DNA of 64,000 nucleotides from Spironucleus salmonicida (lineage: Eukaryota). Both the position numbers and the translations under genes were made by a program. Positions 37,985 to 51,469 of this stretch are shown piece after piece (position 1 is the stretch's first letter; each line of letters begins with the position of its first letter). The notes under the pieces are model-generated. The model saw nothing but the letters and a program-made list of their open reading frames with translations, was not told the DNA's origin and searched no databases. Location: positions 682,001-746,000 of the forward strand of contig NC_090599.1 in assembly GCF_000497125.1 (NCBI RefSeq). The letters are read 5' to 3'.

Positions 37985-38758
37985 ATGAATAGAAACAAGT
38001 TTTATATAAAGTATTATTTGTTGACTAGAAAAATGAGAAATATTAAGAAAAAAACTTTGACCGCCCTATCACTACTAACATAAGAAAATTAGCCATCTCA
38101 GTCACTATTTTCATCTAGAACATTGCAACAATAACTATGCCCTAGGTTATTATAATCTTCGCGATTGAACACTCCAAATATGTATCCATCAAATTTAGCG
38201 TTAATTTAGTAAGTAGAAATTGCACTAATAAAAAATAACTGTGATTTAAAGGTAAATTTACAGTCTTCTGATGATGAGGATAGTCCATATTCATACAAAA
38301 TAATACCAACTACTGAATAAGCACCATTCGTTCTCAAAAATATTGAATTTCTTATTGAATACAAATAATTGTTTTAAGAAGGTATTAGATTTGGTAGATA
38401 GCAGTATATATAGTCTATAATTGTAAATTTTCGACGAGATAGAAAAAATAGTACGACCTAAAAGATTACAAAACTGCATCTAAATAATATTAAATTAAGT
38501 ATAAAAACAACAAATTAATAAAAGTGTATTTTTTGTTCTAATGAATCAATAGTAAGTAAAGTTACAATAGATATTATTTAATAAATGTAGAACGATTTTA
38601 GGTTATTATTTGGTTCAGATATACCTTTTAAAAATTATATATTTATCAAATGGTAATTATTCCCAGATGGACTAAAAATTGCGTACTAAGAGGAGCAAAA
38701 TATCTCGAAATTGATAAAGTAGGTAAATCGTTTAATATCAAAGCGAACACAAAAATGA
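37985..38758 (+). CDS. Hypothetical protein, ~257 aa
   Basis: TGA-free frame in AT-rich DNA. Confidence 0.45.
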
Positions 38759-39066
38759 GTTGTATTCTACATTTTTTATATTATCTAATTCACTCAGGAA
38801 GTGGTGAAAATGTTTCCCCGGCGTTAGGATAAAAAATATTAAGTCCAAATTCATTTATTTCTTCAAATTTATCTAATACTTAGTTATAATCCTACATAAC
38901 AAAATCAGTCAAATTCTATGATACATTACTAATTCCTGGTATATGAGTAATTGGTTTAAACATTTTATTTAAGGTAAACTTATTATATAATAAATAATAA
39001 AATTATAATAAAATTACTCAATAGTATTAATATATATATTTAAAAATTACCCACTTCTAAAATCAA

Positions 39067-40218
39067 ATGTCATTGCCAAAATCATACCCTTGTACCATTT
39101 TACCAGCAAATAATTATCATTTCATTCGTCTTGTTTCATCAAAGTAACTTTCTGTTAGTAAGTAAGAAAGGATTAACCGTCTGTATTCATTTTCATTTCC
39201 TGATGAATTAGAATTATATCCATGCTCTTTAATAGATATAATTCCTCGTAATTTAGAATCGGTTATGAGAGATTTTTTTGAGTCTAATTCTCTATATATT
39301 GATGATGATCTTACAAGGTAAGCCCATAAAGAATATATTTTTACGCCAGACTTTCCACATGTTCCAAAATGTGAAATGATGCTATGGGATCTTGTTTCTT
39401 AATATTTTGATTTAAATGCAATTATTGATGAAACTATTTCTAAGAAATTAGTGTTTTTTATAATGAATAATGAAGAGAGGGATATATTTAAAACTCTGGA
39501 TTTTTCCTCAATTCGTTTTCGTGTTGTTGATGTTTTCCGTAAATTTAAATCAATTTCAATTTCAATTCCATAATTAATAAATCTTCCTATACTCAACCCT
39601 AGAACGTTTTCCATTTGTAGTTATAGAAAATGCGACCTAATTGTCTAAGATGTTTTAGAAACTAGATAAGATCCTATTACTAACGTTAACACAGTAATTT
39701 ATGGAGTGACTAGTGGAATGCTAAGAGAATTATCATCCAGTTTGGGAAACGTGCTTAAGCCTTATTTAGACAGATAGGGTCTAGTTTGTGCACGAATTTC
39801 ATAATCACCATTTATGAAAGTTTTAACAAGTTAAAAGCATCTAGTAATAATCTCTATAGGTGCAGGTTTTTCGTCAATTTTACCTCTAATTAGATACCGA
39901 TAGAAACAAAATATAGACACACCAATTACATTATTTTTAAATACACGTAATTCAGATGATTTAGGATATCTATAAAAATAAATAATTGACGGACCAAGTT
40001 AAAATTTAAGAGTTTTAGTGGCAACTGGTTAACCAGCTAGTGTTTCTATTATTGAAAATGCAGAGGTGTTTACAGAAGATACTCAGTTAGTATATGCTGG
40101 TAGATCGAGTGTGCTTTTAGAAATCAAAGATCTTGTTATTCAAATGTATGATGAAAATGGTGCAGATGGCGAGTAAAAAGTAGATGAAATAATAAAATAC
40201 ACGTGGATCAGAGACTGA
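39067..40218 (+). CDS. FAD/NADPH-binding reductase module (cytochrome P450 reductase-like, no flavodoxin domain), 383 aa
   Basis: LPILNPRTFSICS, YGVTSGML, IISIGAGFSSILPLI, LFLNTRN and LVYAGR occur in canonical FNR order. Confidence 0.82.
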
Positions 40219-40796
40219 TTCTATATAATCACTTCCGTAAAAATTGCCATAAACTCTTCTTGGCGGGTTTGGGCTTTTCTAACAAACTTGTTGATTATCC
40301 AAAATTAAAATTAGTTTGAGTTAGCTGTTAAAACATAGACTAATCCGCTACCAATTTTATACTAAACTTTTAAGTAATAAACATGTTGCATTTTAATGCG
40401 TTTATTATTTATTGTTATTACTTTTAAATAGCTAAAATTTAACTGTAAAGAAATTAGATTTTCGTTTTCATTTCAGTAAATTTAGTTTAATAGTAAATAT
40501 CTTCCCGTTTTAGCCTTTCAATATACTAATGCTTATCAATTTTCATATTTATTTGTATATCCATTTTATGTTATTATAATATAATAATTATATTCACCAC
40601 TATTTTAGTTAAAATCTAAAATATTTGGTATCACTAGAAATTAATCCAAATCTACTAAGCTAAGAATTTGAAGAAGTCCGCGCCGAAGTGTCTGCATACT
40701 ATCAAAACTCGCATCTCTCTAAGATTCGTTATGTTCCAGCAGTTCTTGTTAAAAACTTCAACAATCCTCCGTCCAAGCTGAATTAAAATAATATTA

Positions 40797-41765
40797 TCAC
40801 TTGTCCATACTCAGCTAGCTGCCTTCGCGCTTCTGGCTCAAATTGCTCAGTTGCTGCAGTTCTTTTATGATAAAAATAGCCTCCTCTTTTACTACTTGAA
40901 ACGATTCGTCATTGTGCGAAATTGAATCTTTCAGCGAATTGTACTATGCGACACCGTTGCTAATTATAGCCTGCTACTTCTAATTTTCCTCACGCAGTTT
41001 CTCAATTTCCTCCCCTTGACGCTAGCTACGCGCGCTGCTCTCTGAATTGGCCGTCGCGAGCTCCTAGCACTTCAGCTCAAATCTGCCCTTCCACAAATTA
41101 TCCGATTCAACTTCAAACCCATTATTATATTGTAACTAGTATTAAATTATTTTGTTTTAACTGCGCAATTCTGCGTCCAAAATTTTGGTCTCGAATTCGT
41201 TCTGCTGCAGCAGTTACTACTGCCGCATATTACGGGCCTTCTACTCGCAGACCCGAAGTTTGCCTTCTACTGCGCGCAACTCATCCCTCAGATCACGTTC
41301 GAGCGATTCGTGCGCGGCTCGCATCTCGTCGAACTTCTCTCTGGGGACCGTTTCCAGAGCCGTGTTCGAGGAGAACGAAAGCTGTGACTGAAGCGATGCG
41401 ATTTTGGCGCTCAAATTTGCTATAAGAGCCTGCTACGCGTGATGCAGGGTGACGTTGCTACTTTGGGGGGTGCCTTTAGTTGCGAGGTGCTCAATCTTGA
41501 GGGGCTGGATCTGCGCAACGCCGGATTCAATTTTAGGGGGTCTTGGAGTGCAGATTGGAATGCTTTATGTGGGGATTCCCGGTTGCGGCGTGAGCTGGGA
41601 CACTGTCAGCGCAGAATTTTTGTAGTTTTACAGCGGCGTGCGCTGGGAAGGTGCTGGTTGGTTGGCACCAGGCGAATACCTGTCCCTCAGCAGCTGGAAT
41701 TACTGCTTTAGTACGGCGCTGGTGGACTGGGCAGACTAGGGCCTTTTGAAATTTGGGTTATACAT
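40797..41765 (-). CDS. Coiled-coil hypothetical protein, 322 aa
   Basis: E/Q/K/L heptads; ATG and AAGTGA stop in frame. Confidence 0.75.
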
Positions 41766-42648
41766 TTGGAAGGCGTACAAATAATGATAATGATAGTATA
41801 TATGAAGCAAATTAATTTTCGTATTAGTATTATTATACATTTAATAGTGATAAAATTTTATACATTATTGACATGTGATAACTCTATAGGGTCAGAATTT
41901 TAGTTTAGTAATTATGGGAGGTGCTACAAAGGCAGTAAATGATTTTATATTTACTTGTTCAAGGGTTGCTCATAGTATAACAGTTTTACTAAAACCTTCA
42001 ATGATTTAACTAGATATTGCCATATTGGCGCATCAAGGGCTATTATGAATGGTTTAGCAATGCTAATATTTTACTACTGACTTAAATAAGTAAATTTTCG
42101 ATAATAAACAGTTACATAGAAGACTTGAAGAACTAGGAAAATTGCAATAAATTATCTTGGCTGGCTTGATCAGCTTTCGTTCCTATACCTTTCTTTATGA
42201 TGATATAAATTAACCACGAATACTATGAAACATAATCCCACACGCGAACCCAAATACACGTGTCAGTATCTCCTGACACGAAAAAAATCATGTATAAGCC
42301 TATTATTACCATATCAGTGCAATAACATCCATAATAACTCCTAAAAGCTTAGAATATAGTGACTCAGCGAAATACACCACCACAACTGACTGCATACGAG
42401 TGGCTCATTACAATTTTCTAAAAACTCCATTCAATCCTAGTAAAAAGCAACACAACTGGAGTCTTAAATAACACTACTCAAATATACAAGTTACATGAGA
42501 ATAATAAGGCCTGACACCCCCACTTACCTGCGCGCTTGGGCCCTCCGAATATAAATTATTATTATTATTATATAATATAATAAATATATTTATTTTCTAC
42601 AATTTATTTTAATATTATTATATCCCAATATTAACCTAATTTTATAAA

Positions 42649-43365
42649 ATGGAGATTTAGTTCCCAAACGAAATTAGCCAAAATTTGCTCCTCGATTAAC
42701 TCAGCTGGCGACCAGGAGCTGTTGCTACGCCTATAATCACCCCAAACTTTGTAACGAAAATCGATCTGCACAGGGTCAATTTGCACTTTCCACTCCATCT
42801 CTAACTGATCCAAAGCGCCAGAAACGTCCGTGATCTCTCGCTCCGCGCCTGCAATTTGCGCGTTTTGGAGCTGCGAAATTTCGAATTTTTGACAAAAATT
42901 GACCTTTCAAACAATCCAAATCTAATTCGATTTTCCATTCCTTCTTCGGCAAAGGTGCTAATCGTCAGAAATTGCGGTTTGACCGATTTTTCGATCGAAA
43001 CTGACGGCCTGAACTGCCTCGATCTGGCGCACAACAAGCTGCGACGGGTGGCACCGCAGAGGCGCCTGGGACTGCTCGATTTGAGCTTCAATTCGCTCCA
43101 AAATTTCGACGTTTCGGAGCACTTCGAAGTCGCTAAAGTCGTCCTGTGGCGCAACGAACTGCGCTATTTCATGCTCTTCGACGACGTTGAAATCGATTTG
43201 TGCAGCCAGAAATTGGAGTGGGAAATTGTTTAATATAAAGGTATAATAATTGATATAATTAAAAAATTTGGAGTGGTAGAAAAAAGGAAGGGGATGCCGT
43301 AGAATTTGGTGAGGTGCGAGATGTTGCGGAGGCTATATAGGGGCTTTGGGATAGTGCGGTAGTGA
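42649..43365 (+). CDS. Leucine-rich repeat protein, 238 aa
   Basis: LTKIDLSNNPNL, LNCLDLAHNKL, LGLLDLSFNSL; ends TAGTGA. Confidence 0.85.
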
Positions 43366-43399
43366 GGGCACTTCAAATAAATTATAATACGTTTCTCCC

Positions 43400-43642
43400 T
43401 CACTCGGTGATGCCGTCGAAGATAGTGCTAGCGTTTCTGAGATCCTCTGGCTCCTCCGCGGCGTGGCCGCTGTGTCTGGCGTGCTCGTTAAGCTCTTTCA
43501 TCGTTTCGTTAAAATTTACAACTTCACCCCTCAGGCATGCTCCCTGTGCCGGAATTAGCTGTGTTCTGACGTTCTTAGCGCTCTTCTTCAGCTTAATTTT
43601 GTCTAGCAAGGTCTCCTTTCGGTACACCAGCCCAAGTTGCAT
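43400..43642 (-). CDS. Hypothetical protein, 80 aa
   Basis: ATG to GAGTGA. Confidence 0.55.
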   Translation of the reverse strand: MQLGLVYRKETLLDKIKLKKSAKNVRTQLIPAQGACLRGEVVNFNETMKELNEHARHSGHAAEEPEDLRNASTIFDGITE

Positions 43643-43697
43643 TTAAAAATGGAGTGATATAATACTATTCTATGTATAATAATGGTAGTATAGAAAA

Positions 43698-44012
43698 TCA
43701 TTCGTTAAGCCCCGCCTAGGACATGCTCGCTAGAACCCTGTTGAGCCTCGTGTCCGTCTGGACCAACAACAAAGGGGCTTCGTCGGCCTCGTCGATCAGC
43801 TTGTCGGTGTCCCGGTCGCTCATGAAGAGCTCCTCCTCGTGCTTAAGGAACAAACGTGACGTGTTATTGGAGTACTTACTGATGTTCAAGTTTGTGCAGA
43901 CGGACATGGGTGTAGTGGGGCCTGATCTAGACTACAGGCATGGCTATTTCGGCTGAGGTTGGCAAAGCTGCGAGGACACAGCCTCCTCCAGCCTGGAAAT
44001 GTTTACACCCAT
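43698..44012 (-). CDS. 'MGxxxS[KR]LExxVxxQL' family small protein, 104 aa
   Basis: MGVNISRLEEAVSSQLCQPQP...DTRLNRVLASM. Confidence 0.7.
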
Positions 44013-44283
44013 TTATTCCTAATTGCTATTTGTAGGTATATTTAATAGTATATAAAAACACAAAAACTTTAATTTGCAAACACATTAAATTCGATTAATT
44101 ATATTAAAATTACGTTTTTGGAATTACGCATTTTATCTATATACTTCGTACTCAAACTGCTCCAGTAAAAACCAGAAAAAATTACCCTCAACTAATCTAA
44201 ACCAGATACAGCTTTAGCGTCTACTTTTAGCATCCACTCCACCGCGCCCAATAAATTTTTCTTTTTCCAATTCCTAAAACTCT

Positions 44284-45321
44284 TCACATTAGACGCATCC
44301 AAACCCAGTTTCTCAGCATGCTCAAAACTTGCTCCAGAACCGCGACCATCGCCTGCGAGTCCCACCACACCTCTTTGATGCCACTTTTCCGCTGCTGGTA
44401 CTCCTTGCAAATCGGCAGCAGCGGCATGCTGAAATTGTAGGGGATTCCGACCACGCCCGTAAAGTAATGAATTCCGGTAGCAGTTTGGATCCGAATCAGA
44501 GCAGTTTTCGGCGTGCTCTCCGCGAAGACCATAAAAGTGACCTATTTAATGAAGTTTTGGAAATTCTGCTTCTGCACGAAAAGCTCGGAATTGTTGAAGA
44601 GCAGGAACACCAAAACGCAGTAAATGGCGTTCAGTTCGAACTGGGAGATGGGCTCTGGTGCGCTGTTGATAATTTTGTTGAAAATGCCCTTAAAGTGGTC
44701 GGTTTCAATTACGTTTTGCGCCTCTTTGCCAAAAATGAGCTGCGGCGTGTAGGCCCTTGCCTGGTACGATATGCCCCTGTTAATGATTTCCAGGGGAAAC
44801 TGGATCGGGTACTTGAACTTTTTCGTGAAATACTGCTGCGCAGCGTGTTCGAAAAACAGCGCATGGTCAGGCTAGGACACCTGGTTTGCGCTGGTTTTAG
44901 AGTCGTTGGACTGAGCGAAGAGGGGCCTCTCCAGGTCGAAATTCTGTACGGCTTATATAAGCTGCATGAGATTCTTCTGGGACGCCTCGGAGTTCAGGTT
45001 CTGGTGTAATTTTGAGAGCTGGAGCGCGAATGATCGTGTGAGCGCGTAGATTTTCGCTGTGGGGTCCCTGTCAAACTCGCTGATTAACAAATTTTCGCAC
45101 TTGGGAAGAGGCTACTTTGTTGCGGGCTAACTGCAGAGATCGTCGTTTTCTACCAGATACTCGTTTTTGAGGTCTGCGCAGGACTGCCTGATTTTCTCCA
45201 ATTCATCATAGTAGTCGCTGTTATTAAACCCCAGTATCTGCTGTAGTCTGTCGTTTTCGGTTGAATACGGATTCTTGGCCAAATCTGCATCATCAGAATC
45301 AGAGAATTCAAAATTCGTCAT
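44284..45321 (-). CDS. Hypothetical protein, 345 aa
   Basis: Track ORFs 45127..45369 and 44284..44532 join in frame under table 6. Confidence 0.7.
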
Positions 45322-45370
45322 TTCAAGTTTATCAATATTATATATATTATTGTATAAAACTAAATTCAAA

Positions 45371-45784
45371 ATGATAAACTACAACTAAATCTTGGAGAGG
45401 AATTTCTATACCTACCTGGAACAGGAGAATGCCCTCAAAAATATGAAAAACTACCAGAAATCCCTTATAAATTCATGTCGTCCCAAAAAATTTTCAGCTC
45501 CATCGATTTCTGACATTTTCGGTATTTCGGACAGGCCAAAACCGGTTTATGCAAAGCCCGCAAAGCCTATCAAGTACCCCAAATACAAACCCGTTAAGCT
45601 AAGTAAAACAATGAAAAATGTGACCTTATATCCATATTAACATATCAAGGTGGTACCAAAAATCGACGACTAGGAGGTCTTCCTGGATGCGGTGGTGAGC
45701 CAGTTTCTAGGTGAGAACTGTTAGGTTGAGCCAATGAAAAGAGGATAAAAATGCTTCGTGGAGGTTTAATTCGCACACGAGTGA
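45371..45784 (+). CDS. Basic hypothetical protein, 137 aa
   Basis: Divergent from the 45321 gene across a 49-bp AT-rich gap; ends GAGTGA. Confidence 0.6.
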
Positions 45785-46565
45785 TGGTATAAGTGTTTGT
45801 AGGTTGTAGGATTTGCAAGGTTGGTCTGATTGGTAGAACAAGTAAATTGAGATAATCCTAACGAAAAAAATGTTAAAAATAGTATTAATTTTGTATAATA
45901 ATGCAATTATTTACTAATATTATTCCATCTTATATATAATAAATGTTTTACCATATAATAACAATAATTTTCAAATGGAGTGATCTTGTTAATATAAAAT
46001 TATATACGATAATATATTCTAGTAAACGTAAATATCAGTTTTACATAAAAAGGATAGGTTTATTAAGTGCATTAAGGTAAGAAGAGCCAGATTATCAGCA
46101 GACTTAAATTAGAAATCAGTGATAAAAGATACAGAAGATCAGTAATGAAAGCGCTCTTGTCTAGAATATGTGATTCTCATCTTGATTAATAATGGATCCA
46201 TTTGTCTATATAATTGGTAGTATTTCAATTTAAACTTTATTTTAATATATTATAGAATATTCAATACTGAGGTAATTAGGGATGTTCTGTTACTCAAGGT
46301 AATGGGAAGTCTTTACAAATATGCTAGCTGTTGCTGATAACATTTATAATATTTTTAAACTTTTATCAAAATATTATTATTTGTACAGAGTGCCTACATG
46401 GTTATTGTGAAAAATATTATAGTTTAGGATATATACTCTTACTAGTAGTTATATAATTATATTTATAGTAATGACAAAAACATTTAGTAATAGCAAATTA
46501 GTCAAAATAATAATAGTTACTATAAATATTGAATATAGGGAATGAATAATCGAAAACAGTAATAT

Positions 46566-46832
46566 TCACTTTACATTTTTAATTGCTGGTAGATGATTAG
46601 CAGCATGTACAGTTCCACATAGTTGAAGGAATGTCATGCTATTATTAAATTTACTATCTTAAGATAAAGGTTTATTTTCTTATTCAGAATAAGAAAGATT
46701 CTCTTTATCAACTGTTTCCATTATATTACCAGCTAAGGTTTAGATTTCAGAAACTGATTGTTTAATTTCAACCCTATCCTCTTTAAGCTACTAGTTTACA
46801 GAGTGCTCTAATCGCATCAACCCCGCACCCAT
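46566..46832 (-). CDS. Divergent member of the MG...LExxVxxQL family, 88 aa
   Basis: MGAGLMRLEHSVNQQL...; ends AAGTGA. Confidence 0.55.
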
Positions 46833-46943
46833 TTTTGAAACTAATAATAGACTTACTTTATCATACTAAAAGAAAATTTTCAGATATCGAAACGACAGTT
46901 TATATTATCTTTATATTTATAATTTTATATATTACCGCTGAAA

Positions 46944-47771
46944 ATGGAAATACACTAAACCCCATTTAAATATTTACGACATGATATCCAATTAGTAAAT
47001 ACTTTAATCAAACGAGGTAATAATTTGTTAAATCATTAAATTAGAGACTTACATATATAGCCATCCCCAATAAAATAGCGAATAGATGATATATTAGATA
47101 TTACTATGTTGGCTAGATCTAAATCTTCAAATTATGGCTAAGATTTAGATGATCAAACGAATAATATTATAAAATAAACAAAATAAAATTTAAAATACTA
47201 GTAGAACTTAGACTAATGTATAAATATCATGCATTAATCATAGAGGAAATCTTATGAAGCCGAAAAGAAATCTGTCCAAAAGTCTATCTTACAAAAAGAC
47301 CTTAAATAAGATTAACCTATATTATTTAATAAACTTAGTGCTATCTTATGTCCCTAAGATTTTTAAATTTTATTATCAAATTATTTAGAAACTGGACAGA
47401 TTTCCGCTGATAGTCTAAATTTATTTTTTTAAAAATAGGGAATTCAACGCAGCGTAGATGATTATTTGAATATTTCTGACGTACCAAAAAAGCGCTCTAA
47501 GTCAAATACAAAATAGTAAAGCTATACCTATCAATTACCTTGTGATCCTACCCTTTCAGACGCGCATAAAGTTTTCGGAGTTCCACTGCGGATAACAAGA
47601 AGAGCTAAGTCTAAACAATCAATTTACGCATAAAAATACGTCGAAACTCACAAAAGTCCATAAAATTTAGATCAGGGAATTCAGTTTAGGATGTTTTCTA
47701 AAGCAAAAATGGTAGCTTACACCGCAGAACTAGACCACTACTTACTGCAATAAATAGCCAAATCAAAGTGA
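46944..47771 (+). CDS. Hypothetical protein, 275 aa
   Basis: TGA-free frame, ends AAGTGA. Confidence 0.6.
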
Positions 47772-47783
47772 AATTCAATATGC

Positions 47784-48689
47784 TCACAAAAAGTATTCAA
47801 CCACCTCTCTTGCAGTCTCGACCCTCTCTCTATTTTCGCTGTACTACACGAGCTCGTAGTCGCCACCTTCTAGCACGATCATGACTGCGCCCTGATTTCC
47901 GCTTCTGTAGCAGTAGTTAGGCGCACCAAAAATGGTGATAAGCTGCTTGCCGTGGCTCCACGCGTATCCGTCCATGGCCATTTGGTGTCCCCGGGCGACC
48001 AAGCTCATGCCGTTATCCTTCAGAAACTTCCTGGTAACGTCCTCCCCGAAGCCGCAGCCACAGCCGCGCATGGACGGCTAGAAGCCGAACCCCGAAATCG
48101 GGTCGGACCACACTGCGTCTGACAGCGCTCCCGACGGTGGAATCTCTTCCTTTCTGTTCAAAATGCTCAAATCCGAAACCGTCTCGAAGTGGGGCGAAAG
48201 GCCCGCGTGGATGCAGAAAATCTTGTTGTTCAGCACGCACGCAATTGGGATTTGGTCGAAAACCTCCACCAGGGCCGCCCAGGGCGCCGCTGAGCCGTAC
48301 TTGCGCAGAATCTCGTCGTAAAAGCCGTACACTTGCGTCACCTGCCGCGTCTCGTGGTTTCCCCGCAAAAGCGTAACGCGTCGAGGGTGCTTGATGAAGA
48401 GCAGCAAGGCCAGGCACAGCGTCTCCGTAGAGTAGTAGCCCCTGTCGACAAAATCGCCAAGGAACACGTAGTTCGTGTAGGGTGGAAAACCTGATATCTT
48501 AAATATCTCAATCAGGTCGTGAAACTGGCCGTGCATATCGCCTACAATCGTTGCCGGGGCTGGCACGTTGACAACGTTCGGCAGGGCAGAAAGCATCATT
48601 TTCGCTAAAGATGCTAATGCCAGAATCTCCTAATGTGTGGGTGTGATTCCTTGGTAGGTTCTGGCTAAGCATTCGTCTAAATTGAACAT
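47784..48689 (-). CDS. PPP-family Ser/Thr phosphatase catalytic subunit (PP2A/PP4/PP6 group), 301 aa
   Basis: GDMHG, GDFVDRG, RGNHE, WSDP, RGHQ, APNYCYR and C-terminal YFL; internal TAR=Gln. Confidence 0.96.
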
Positions 48690-48867
48690 TTGTATAACTT
48701 TCGAAATGACGATTACTGATTATTATATATTGTTTTAAGTATGATACTAAACAAAAAAATTCGGTATTAATTATATAAGATACAAAATATTAATATTGAT
48801 TTGTAAATCAAAACATAGAATAAGATTATTATACATTTTATAATTAAATCTATTCGTTTCATTCATT

Positions 48868-50256
48868 ATGGAAACATATCAATCCCTTCATGCCATGAAA
48901 AAACGCATCTCTGCAATGTGTGATTTCATGAACGATGCAATTGTACCTCTACAGCTGGCTGCAACTAAACTTAATTCGATTAATCCTCCATAAGGTAAGT
49001 TTACAACTATGCATACTACAACTATTTAGGCTTTATTGACTAATATAGATTAGATAAAGCAACAAATTGCGTCTATATTGTCAAGTCGTAGAGATCTTGC
49101 AGATAGTGCCAAAAAGACCGATGATGAGTTTGAGAAAATTCAGAAATAAATTGATATTCTTTCAAAGAAACTTAATTCAAAGAAGGGTAATGAAGTATAA
49201 GCTTAAATTACACAGTTATAGACACAATAATAAAAAATTGGGGAAATACTGAATATTGCATTATAAGAAATGGAATAAGTTGAATCCTAATTGGATGTTA
49301 CTGTCACTACTTTCTATTCCTTATTTACATTAAATATACCTTAATAAATTATTCCATAAAAATTTGGTGTGCCTTAAAATTTAGTATAAAATAATGCTAG
49401 AGGTGTTGAGTAATAGCAGTAACCTAATTATCCAAAACCACCTCCAAAATAATTCAACCCGTTAGATGATGATCTTCTAGGATTTTAACCTTAAAGAAAA
49501 GTTGAATAAGTCCCCTTTGATGTTACAAAATTTGTAACAACTGATCCATCTAAGTTTTAGAATTAGCCTGGAAAGCCAGTTATCCCACCTACTCAAAATT
49601 TTGCTAGTATAGTTCCTAATAGACCAAATGCAGTCCCACCGCCAGTTCCTATTTAATTTAAACCTGTAAATCCACCTACAACATAAAAGGTAACGGCACC
49701 ATAAGATGGTAAGCCTAAAGTAACATTTAATAAACCAAAAATTATATCTCCTACTGATATGGCAGCTGAAGAGGCTAGAAAATATCAAGAAGATCTATTA
49801 AAGTAATAATAAGAAATAGAAAGATAACAACAAAAAATGGATGATGGCATTTCTGGAAATTACTATTAAGAAGAAATTGAAGCGCCTAGACTTTTAGTAC
49901 CCGTAGAAGTTGAACCGATTGCTTAAGAGTCTTATCCAGAGCCTGTTATTGAATCTGCGTATGATCCTTATGCAACTGTAGATTAATAAGAGCCGCTGCA
50001 AGAATAACAAGTGTAACAGGTTTATTAAGACGTACAGCAAACTTATGAGTAACCATAACAACCATATGAGGAACCTTAGCAAGCGTATGATCCTTATGCG
50101 TAATAATATGAATAGTAGCAGCAATATGATTAAAATGGATACCCATACTAGGCATATGATTAGCAAAATTAACAGTATGATTAGAATTAGTAGTAATATG
50201 ACTAAAATCAGAATTATAATCAAGGAAGTTATGATCCTTATGCTAATTAATGGTGA
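48868..50256 (+). CDS. Coiled-coil + Pro-rich + Tyr/Asp/Gln-repeat protein, 462 aa
   Basis: Single open frame with dense TAR codons in Gln tracts; three YDPYA motifs. Confidence 0.8.
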
Positions 50257-50329
50257 AAGACTTTTTAATTTTATTTTGATTCTTAATATATAATATAATA
50301 TATTGAATATAATTTTTACCGCTTCAATT

Positions 50330-51469
50330 ATGCTTCAGTTTCCTCGAATTGAAATACTTAGAGCAGAGTTGCAGCTATTATAACCATAGTAACTGGAAAA
50401 GAATACAATTATAAACATCTAAACCGAAGCAAAACGTCTTTATAAGCTGATTCCGTATATAGTTATAAATAATACAAAACTATCTTCTGTGTGCGAATAT
50501 AAAGAGCTTAAATCTGCATTTAATAACTCTTGTAATGAGAAACATCTTTTTAGAAACTTTTGTCAGCTTAATTACAATTCAGACTTCCATTTCTTTTTGA
50601 TTTAATTTATAGTAGATAATTATTAATATAATAATGAGATCATTGCATTATAAACCGTTGAGTAATTCTAAACCCATTTTATAGTAAAATAATAAAACTA
50701 AGTCAATAGAAAATTATCATTTTGTGTTATTATGGTATTCGCTGAGATTTTGGATATAAAAATTTATGATGAAAATGCATTATTAACAGGTAATTTTCAA
50801 CCTCTAAATCTTTAAATCCCTGAAGTTATTTCAGTTCCCCCACGCTAAGAACCATAAATTTTATAACAACAGTCTTTTTCATCCGGTTAACCTATATCGT
50901 AAAACAATCTTTGTGATGATTGCTGTTAAAATTGTTCCCTACTTAACGCTGAAATTTTAAATCTGAAGTTAGTTCAAAATGAGCTAAGAAATAGACTCTA
51001 AGGAGAAATTAATTCACTCAAAAACATAATTAGTATTAATTAGCTTAAAGGTACGTAAGCATAAAATGCAGAAAAGGCAGAAGCCTAACCTCGTTCACCA
51101 TTACCTTAGAATACTGGAAATGAGAAAATGAAGCAAAAAGTTATTGAATTTCAGAGCGAAATCTACAGTTTAAAAGCTGAGCTTGAACTACATAAAAACT
51201 AACTTTCTGAATCTAACTAAAAATTATAGGAATAATCATAAAAATATACAATTATTGAAAGGGAAAAGGCTATTTTGGATACATAATTTTAGTAGTTTAA
51301 AACTCGAACAACTGATTAAGTCCTTAAACTCGAAGGTCTCGTCAATCGATAAAATTCTTCCTTAGATGCTCTGAAATCTAAGCCAAGAGCTGGATAGATC
51401 AGTGAAGTTGCATAATATATAATCAATGATTTAGAGGATTAGTTGATTACATTGAAGTGTGGAAAATGA
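50330..51469 (+). CDS. Coiled-coil hypothetical protein, 379 aa
   Basis: ATG and TGA in frame; C-terminal heptads. Confidence 0.7.

Noticed and set aside
42522-42550. ACTTACCTG (U1 snRNA 5' end-like; CAG/GTAAGT on the minus strand)
   Set aside because: No U1 stem-loops or Sm site follow, and no intron-containing ORF was evident; probably chance.
44329-45009. 226-aa plus-strand ORF; also 55097..55669 and 59551..60123
   Set aside because: Antisense shadows of the 44284..45321 gene and of RPL18a.
47784-48689. Apparent pseudogenes or split genes (PP2A-like, CTL, MATE, PP2C) with internal stops
   Set aside because: All internal stops are TAA/TAG, in frame, and read as Gln.
49960-50250. Short repeated TATGAT/GATCCTTATGC units as a CRISPR-like or satellite array
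   Set aside because: They are coding YD/YDPYA repeats with irregular spacing.
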